Below are positions 59,043 to 64,000 of a DNA stretch of 64,000 bases, one piece after another. Origin of the DNA: Thermodesulfobacteriota bacterium (GTDB lineage: Bacteria > Desulfobacterota > BSN033 > UBA1163); the NCBI GenBank assembly GCA_049513055.1, contig JBEKWN010000031.1, positions 8,012 to 72,011 of the forward strand. The letters run 5' to 3'. Every line of letters begins with the position of its first letter. Within the stretch, counting starts at the first letter, position 1. Below the pieces are notes generated by a model. That model was not told where the DNA came from and searched no databases. It saw nothing but the letters and a program-made list of their open reading frames with translations. The translations under genes and the position numbers were made by a program.

Positions 59043-59777
59043 ATGGTTAGGAGAAAGAAGATATTTAAGTATCAGAAATTTTCCTACTGGTTGACGGAAA
59101 CAGATTTCCACTTCTTGAGAGAAAACCTAAGTCAAAAAGGAATTGACCTCTTTACAAGTAAAAGAGCAGTCTGTGTGCCATTGTCCAAAGAGGTGGGAAT
59201 TGGCTTTGTGCCAGCCGATGCTTGGGACAAATATCCCTTTTGTAGAAGGCCGTTGTCCTGGTATAAAGCCTCACCCTTTGTGGGCAAGACCCTGGTGGTC
59301 AGTTCTTTTGAGCTTCTGGAATATCATTTTACCCCGGAAACGATTATTCGGGAGTGCGATTTTCAGCCTCCCAAACTTCCTGATCGGGAGGAAAAGTTGA
59401 AATTGATCGAGCAGGAAAGTTATCAGAAAACAAAGCCCCCGGAATGGGAGAATATTGATGGTGAAGGCCCCGAACTTCACCATCAATGGTTAAAAATGAT
59501 GGGGCTGAGAGGAGTGTCGTACGAAGAGTTATTTATCACGCATTGTGCCAATCATGCCAATTTCATTGAACCAATCTATTTTATCGTTGAGGAGAATGGG
59601 CTTGTACCTTATTCCATTGATAAGACCTCCCATATCTGTTCACCCTGCCTCGAATTTTTTAACATCATCGGGACTCAATTTAGAAGAAAGATGGTTGTCC
59701 CCTGTCCAGGGGCTGTTCTATTTGCCGGGATGGCCGCCAATCGATATTATGAAGTCATCTCAACGCATCGCGCATAG
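59043..59777 (+). CDS. Hypothetical Cys/His-rich protein
   Basis: 244 aa ORF in the operon; HCANHANF, ICSPC, VPCPG suggest metal binding. Confidence 0.75.
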   Translation: MVRRKKIFKYQKFSYWLTETDFHFLRENLSQKGIDLFTSKRAVCVPLSKEVGIGFVPADAWDKYPFCRRPLSWYKASPFVGKTLVVSSFELLEYHFTPETIIRECDFQPPKLPDREEKLKLIEQESYQKTKPPEWENIDGEGPELHHQWLKMMGLRGVSYEELFITHCANHANFIEPIYFIVEENGLVPYSIDKTSHICSPCLEFFNIIGTQFRRKMVVPCPGAVLFAGMAANRYYEVISTHRA

Positions 59778-59832
59778 AGCATAGCGCAAAGCGCAAAAAG
59801 CTGAGGCACGATGCCTGCCCGCCGCAGGCAGG
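59769..59832. repeat. 7-nt array (GCGCAWA) followed by the 19-bp palindrome CCTGCCCGCCGCAGGCAGG (59814-59832)
   Basis: gcgcata gagcata gcgcaaa gcgcaaa; fourth copy of the palindrome. Confidence 0.65.
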
Positions 59833-59894
59833 TGCTACCCGTTATGTGTTTTGGGGTTTTAGTAAAGTTAGAGGGAGTAGGATCGAGGGGCCAA

Positions 59895-60845
59895 ATGAAG
59901 AAGTTAGCCTTATTGTTTTTGGTTAACTTGTTATTCTTAGTTGGGATAGCACACGGAGAACCTGTGCGGATCGCTTATCTCCAAAGCGATATCCATCAAC
60001 TCCCCTGCTGGGTGGCTTTGGAAAAAGGATTCTTTGAAAAAGAGGGAGTAAAAGTGGAAGTGGCCGGCATCTTCAAGGCAGGACCAGAACTGATGAGCGC
60101 CTTTGCAGCCGGAGCTCTGGACATGGGGTATGTGGGAGTTGCACCCGCTACCACAGCCGTGGCCAACAAAACGGCCAGGGTGGTTGTGTTAGCTCAAGTT
60201 AACACCGAAGGTTCAGCGATCGTTGTCAAAAAGGATGGTAAGATCCAGAGCATTCCAGAATTGGTGGGTAAGAGTGCTGTTGTCCCGGGTCACTCTACTG
60301 TACAAGATGCCCTTTTCCGCAAAGCTCTCTATCAATTCAAGACATCTCCTGATCAGGTCAAGATTATGGTCTTGAAGCCGCCTGAGATGATCGGGGCCCT
60401 GAGAACCGATCAGATCGATGCTTTTATTGCATGGGAGCCCTATCCAGCCAAAGCAGTCACCATGGGAGTGGGAAGGATACTGGCTTCCTCCCGTGACATC
60501 TGGAAAGATCATCCCTGTTGTGTGCTAGCAGCTGATGTGCGTTTTTTAGAAACGCAACTGGAAAAAGCCAAGGGCGTGGTGCGCGGTCATGTAAAGGCAA
60601 TCGAATTTATCCGTCAACATCGTGAGGAGGCCATCAAAATTGGTGTCAAATATACGGGGATGGATGAAGCGTCCATCCGAATGGCGATGGAGAATGTCAA
60701 TTATACTTATGTCCTCAGTGTCGAGGGTGAAAAAGAATATGTCGATTTTTTGACAAAATTGAAATATATAAAGGTAGAGGATGTGCAGATTTTTGTCGAT
60801 CGGTTTATAAGGCCTGAGTTCATCAAAGAAATAATCAAAAGATGA
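59895..60845 (+). CDS. ABC transporter substrate-binding protein (SsuA/NrtA/TauA family)
   Basis: Signal peptide from ATG 59895; GFFEKEG, GPELM, IDAFIAWEPY, HPCC. Confidence 0.9.
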   Translation: MKKLALLFLVNLLFLVGIAHGEPVRIAYLQSDIHQLPCWVALEKGFFEKEGVKVEVAGIFKAGPELMSAFAAGALDMGYVGVAPATTAVANKTARVVVLAQVNTEGSAIVVKKDGKIQSIPELVGKSAVVPGHSTVQDALFRKALYQFKTSPDQVKIMVLKPPEMIGALRTDQIDAFIAWEPYPAKAVTMGVGRILASSRDIWKDHPCCVLAADVRFLETQLEKAKGVVRGHVKAIEFIRQHREEAIKIGVKYTGMDEASIRMAMENVNYTYVLSVEGEKEYVDFLTKLKYIKVEDVQIFVDRFIRPEFIKEIIKR

Positions 60846-61597
60846 AAAAGGAACGTTTTCTTATTCCCCTGTTACTGATCTTAATCTGGCAGGGCTTATC
60901 TTCTATCCAGGTAATCCCTTCCTATAAACTTCCCTCTCCTGTTGAGATCGTCTTAGGCTTTAAAGATATTTTAATCGTTGGAGTGCCGCCCGGATATCTT
61001 CTCCACAATCATATGCTCTATAGTCTCTATCGGGTTGCTTTGGGCTATGCCGTAGCCGCCTTGCTGGCTATCCCTTTGGGGCTCTTGATGGGATGGTCAC
61101 CTGGGTTCTTGAGAATGGTCCGTTCCCTCTTTGAATTGGTAAGACCCATTCCGCCCCTGGCTTGGATTCCCATTGCTATCTTGTGGTTCGGTATCGGCAT
61201 TAAATCCGCAGCGTTTATTATCTTTCTGGGAGCTTTTTTCCCAATTCTCTTGAATACGATCTCTGGAGTTTTGTCGATCCATCCCATCCTGATAGAGGCT
61301 GCCCGAACTTTGCATGCGAGGGAGAAGGATATCTTTCTCAAAGTTTTGCTTCCCGGAGCAGTTCCTTCGATCTTTGTGGGAATGCGAATTGGTATCGGCA
61401 TTGGATGGATGACCCTGGTGGCAGCGGAATTTACTGGGGTCAAGGAAGGCTATGGTCTGGGCTACATGATCATGACCGCCCGGGATATACAGAGACCAGA
61501 TGAAATCCTGGCAGGGATGCTGGTGATTGGTGTGATTGGTCTATTGATTGATATTGGCCTGAGGGCTACGGAATCAAAAACCATCAAGTGGCAATAA
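60842..61597 (+). CDS. ABC transporter permease (SsuC/TauC family)
   Basis: LPSP, SLYRV, RPIPPLAWIP, EAA loop, LVAAE. Confidence 0.92.
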   Translation: MKKERFLIPLLLILIWQGLSSIQVIPSYKLPSPVEIVLGFKDILIVGVPPGYLLHNHMLYSLYRVALGYAVAALLAIPLGLLMGWSPGFLRMVRSLFELVRPIPPLAWIPIAILWFGIGIKSAAFIIFLGAFFPILLNTISGVLSIHPILIEAARTLHAREKDIFLKVLLPGAVPSIFVGMRIGIGIGWMTLVAAEFTGVKEGYGLGYMIMTARDIQRPDEILAGMLVIGVIGLLIDIGLRATESKTIKWQ

Positions 61598-61609
61598 AGG
61601 AGTATCCTT

Positions 61610-62410
61610 TTGAGCTTGGATTTTTTAGAACTCAGTAAAACCTTCCCGGGTAAGGGGCTGGGAGAAAGCGTCCATGTCCTGGAAAATCTTCAGCATCGGA
61701 TTGAGAATGGGCGGTTTGTTTCGATCATTGGTCCAAGTGGCTGCGGAAAGACCACCCTTCTAAGAATCATTGCTGGATTGGAAAAGGCATCGGCAGGCAG
61801 GGTCCTTTTGGATGGGAAGGAATTGGCTCAGGGATCAGAAGAGATTGGATTGGTTTTTCAAGAGTACGCCCTTTTCCCCTGGAGGACAACGCTCCAGAAT
61901 ATTGAGATGGGCCTTGAGATCAAGGGAGTGGATAAAGAAAAAAGGCGCTCCACGGCAATGGAATACATCAAGATGTTTAACCTAAGCGGGTTTGAAAATC
62001 GCTATCCTCGGGAACTCTCGGGTGGCATGAAGCAGCGGGTCGCCATTGCTCGGACCTTGATCATGAATCCTCATGTCGTTTTAATGGATGAGCCTTTTGG
62101 TGCTTTGGATAGTCAGACGAGGAATGCCCTGCAGGAATTCGTGCTCCGAATCTGGGAAAAGAGGGGTGAGACAATCATCTTTGTAACGCACAATGTCGAT
62201 GAGGCTGTTTTCCTCAGCGATCAGATTGTTATCCTTTCAAGGAGACCTGCTCGGATTGTTAAAATAATGGAGGTAGGGCTTCCAAGGTCAAGAGATCGAA
62301 CCAGCCAGGAATGTAATCAGATCAGAAGAGATGTTCTGAAGGTCTTAAGCGAAGAGATAAAAGTAGAAAGGAAGGACGGTGGAGATGAAAATTGTTGGGA
62401 TATCTTGTAG
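61610..62410 (+). CDS. ABC transporter ATP-binding protein (SsuB/TauB family)
   Basis: GPSGCGKTT, LFPWRT, LSGGMKQR, MDEPFGALD, FVTH. Confidence 0.93.
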   Translation: MSLDFLELSKTFPGKGLGESVHVLENLQHRIENGRFVSIIGPSGCGKTTLLRIIAGLEKASAGRVLLDGKELAQGSEEIGLVFQEYALFPWRTTLQNIEMGLEIKGVDKEKRRSTAMEYIKMFNLSGFENRYPRELSGGMKQRVAIARTLIMNPHVVLMDEPFGALDSQTRNALQEFVLRIWEKRGETIIFVTHNVDEAVFLSDQIVILSRRPARIVKIMEVGLPRSRDRTSQECNQIRRDVLKVLSEEIKVERKDGGDENCWDIL

Positions 62411-62981
62411 CCCTCGAAAAGGGAAATCGACTTTTTATGCACTGGAGACTTGTCTCCAAGCGGCAAAAGATGCTGTCCCTGGGATCGAAACAGCGTTGAT
62501 TGAACTTTCAGACATGAAGATGAATGGTTGTGTAGCCTGTGGCAAATGCATGAAGGTTTTGGAATGCAGTCAGGAAGATGATTTCCCAAAGATGATCCCC
62601 ATTCTCTCTGACCCAGAGTTGGCAGGACTTGTGGTGGCGACGCCTGTCTATTTTGGATCCATGACTTCACAATGCAAGGCCTTCCTGGATCGTTGTGTCA
62701 TGTTCAGAAGAAACGGATTCATGCTCCGGAACAAGGTGGGCGGTGCCATAGCTGTGGGAGGGGTCCGAAATGGTGGCCAAGAACTGACGATTCAGGCTGT
62801 TCAAACCGCGATGTTGGTTCAGGATATGGTAGTGGTCAGTGAAGGTCGACCCACCTCACATTATGGAGCTACCTTATGGAGCGGCCACCCTGATGGAATT
62901 GAAAAGGATGTGTTTGGTTTGGAGACCGCTCGAAATCTTGGTAAACGAGTGACGGAAGTAGCCGCAAGGATGCATGGGTAG
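62385..62981 (+). CDS. Iron-sulfur flavoprotein (Isf) / flavodoxin family
   Basis: GISCSPRKGKST, CVACGKC..CSQEDD, TPVYFG, RNGGQE. Confidence 0.9.
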   Translation: MKIVGISCSPRKGKSTFYALETCLQAAKDAVPGIETALIELSDMKMNGCVACGKCMKVLECSQEDDFPKMIPILSDPELAGLVVATPVYFGSMTSQCKAFLDRCVMFRRNGFMLRNKVGGAIAVGGVRNGGQELTIQAVQTAMLVQDMVVVSEGRPTSHYGATLWSGHPDGIEKDVFGLETARNLGKRVTEVAARMHG

Positions 62982-64000
62982 AGAGATGATTAGCCATCTT
63001 ATCACCGAACTCCAGAGTTTTGGTTTACGTTTTCAGGGGCAACTCTCATCGCGGAAAGGTGGCGCTGGTCCGGCTGAAGGCGGGACTTTTTTAATTGAGG
63101 AAATTCCGGTAAGCCTTCCCATCGGCAGTGAATATGTTTCCAAGTCTCCTTATGTCTTAAGAGAAGAAGGAGATCAGTTCCTGATTTTCAAGGATGGGAA
63201 AGCGGTCTGTCCAGTCAGTTTCATAGACAGGCCAGTGAGAGATGCCGGTTTTGTGGAATAGAGCTCTCTTATGGAAACGATCTAACAATAAAGGTTAAGA
63301 CTCCTGACCAACTATCTGAAGTGGCTCTTAAAGCCAAAGAACTTGACTCAATTAAGCACATTGTTTTGACCACTGGAACGGTTCGACCACCGGGGAGAGA
63401 GATCTCACAGTAGGGATTCACATTGAAAGTTTTGATTTTGAGACCCTGTCCCAGGTGGCTCCAGCCAAAGCGGCCATGGGTCTTGAAAGGTACGAGAAGG
63501 CCTGGAAGATGGCAGTGGAGATCTTTGGCCCCAATCAGGTTAGTAGTTTTTTGATTGTTGGCCTTGGAGAAAAAAGAGATTCAATCATTTGGGGTAGCAA
63601 ATTTCTGGCCGATCTGGGGGTCTACCCCTTTGTAGTTCCCCTGAGACCTATTCCCGGGTCGCTCATGCAGGATTCCCTGCCACCAGACCCAGAAGAGATG
63701 AAACGCATTTTTGAAGCGGTTGCTTGCATATTAAAGAGAGAAGGACTTTCTGCTTCCCAGTCCCTTGCTGGCTGTGTTCGCTGTGGAACCTGTTCGGCTT
63801 TACACGCATTTGAACAGGTAACGGATAGTCTGATCTGTCATCCTGTCAGAGCAAGGGTTGAACAGGAAAAGGCCTTTGAAATTCGAAAAGAGGTCTTTGT
63901 TCTGGAGCAGAAGATTTTTTCAGATTCTGATCTCGATGAGAATGATGCTAAAAGCATCCACTTAGTAGCAGAATGGAATCATCAGGTAGTGGGAACGGTA
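62974..64000 (+). pseudogene. MSMEG_0568-family radical SAM fused to an MSMEG_0567/Sll0786-type GNAT; two frameshifting deletions; runs off the window
   Basis: Three frames: 62974-~63233 (RKGGAGPAEG), ~63234-63413 (CRFCGIE..KTPDQL..VLTTGT) and ~63407-64000 (VGIHIESFD..NQVSSFLIVGLGE..YPFVVPLRP..GCVRCGTCS, then AFEIRKEVFVLEQ..DENDA..VVGTV). Confidence 0.78.

Noticed and set aside
1685-59800. Short repeat arrays as CRISPR arrays
   Set aside because: Units are 7-9 nt, degenerate and contiguous with no unique spacers; no cas genes are present.

Overview
A 64 kb chromosomal segment from an anaerobic, selenocysteine-using bacterium; gene content suggests Deltaproteobacteria/Desulfobacterota. From left to right: (i) an hdrA(partial)-mvhD-fdhB-like-fdhA module in which mvhD (2 UGA) and fdhA (1 UGA) are selenoproteins broken up by the ORF track; (ii) a complex I operon, nuoABCD-[sfrB-sfrA]-nuoHIJKLMN, where an SfrAB-type NAD(P)H module occupies the nuoEFG slot; (iii) an accessory/defence region with a deletion-fused mazEF, a molybdopterin oxidoreductase that has an in-frame UGA plus a SECIS-like hairpin inside its Fe-S motif (candidate unusual selenoprotein), vapBC, radC/mod remnants, a type I R-M operon with RadC and TIR-domain genes translationally coupled into it, and a primase-helicase fusion; (iv) housekeeping genes (ybaK, crotonase, FKBP, ftsEX-envC-ctpA-yibQ); (v) a long redox cluster with a degenerate AOR, a BPL-N protein, a Qrc/Hmc-like transmembrane complex, an ABC transporter, an Isf flavoprotein and a broken radical SAM-GNAT fusion. 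Many intergenic gaps hold hairpins built from 7-9-nt tandem repeats, a 19-bp palindrome sits inside other repeats, and many genes show clean deletion scars. Family assignments come from motif recognition by eye; no searches were run.
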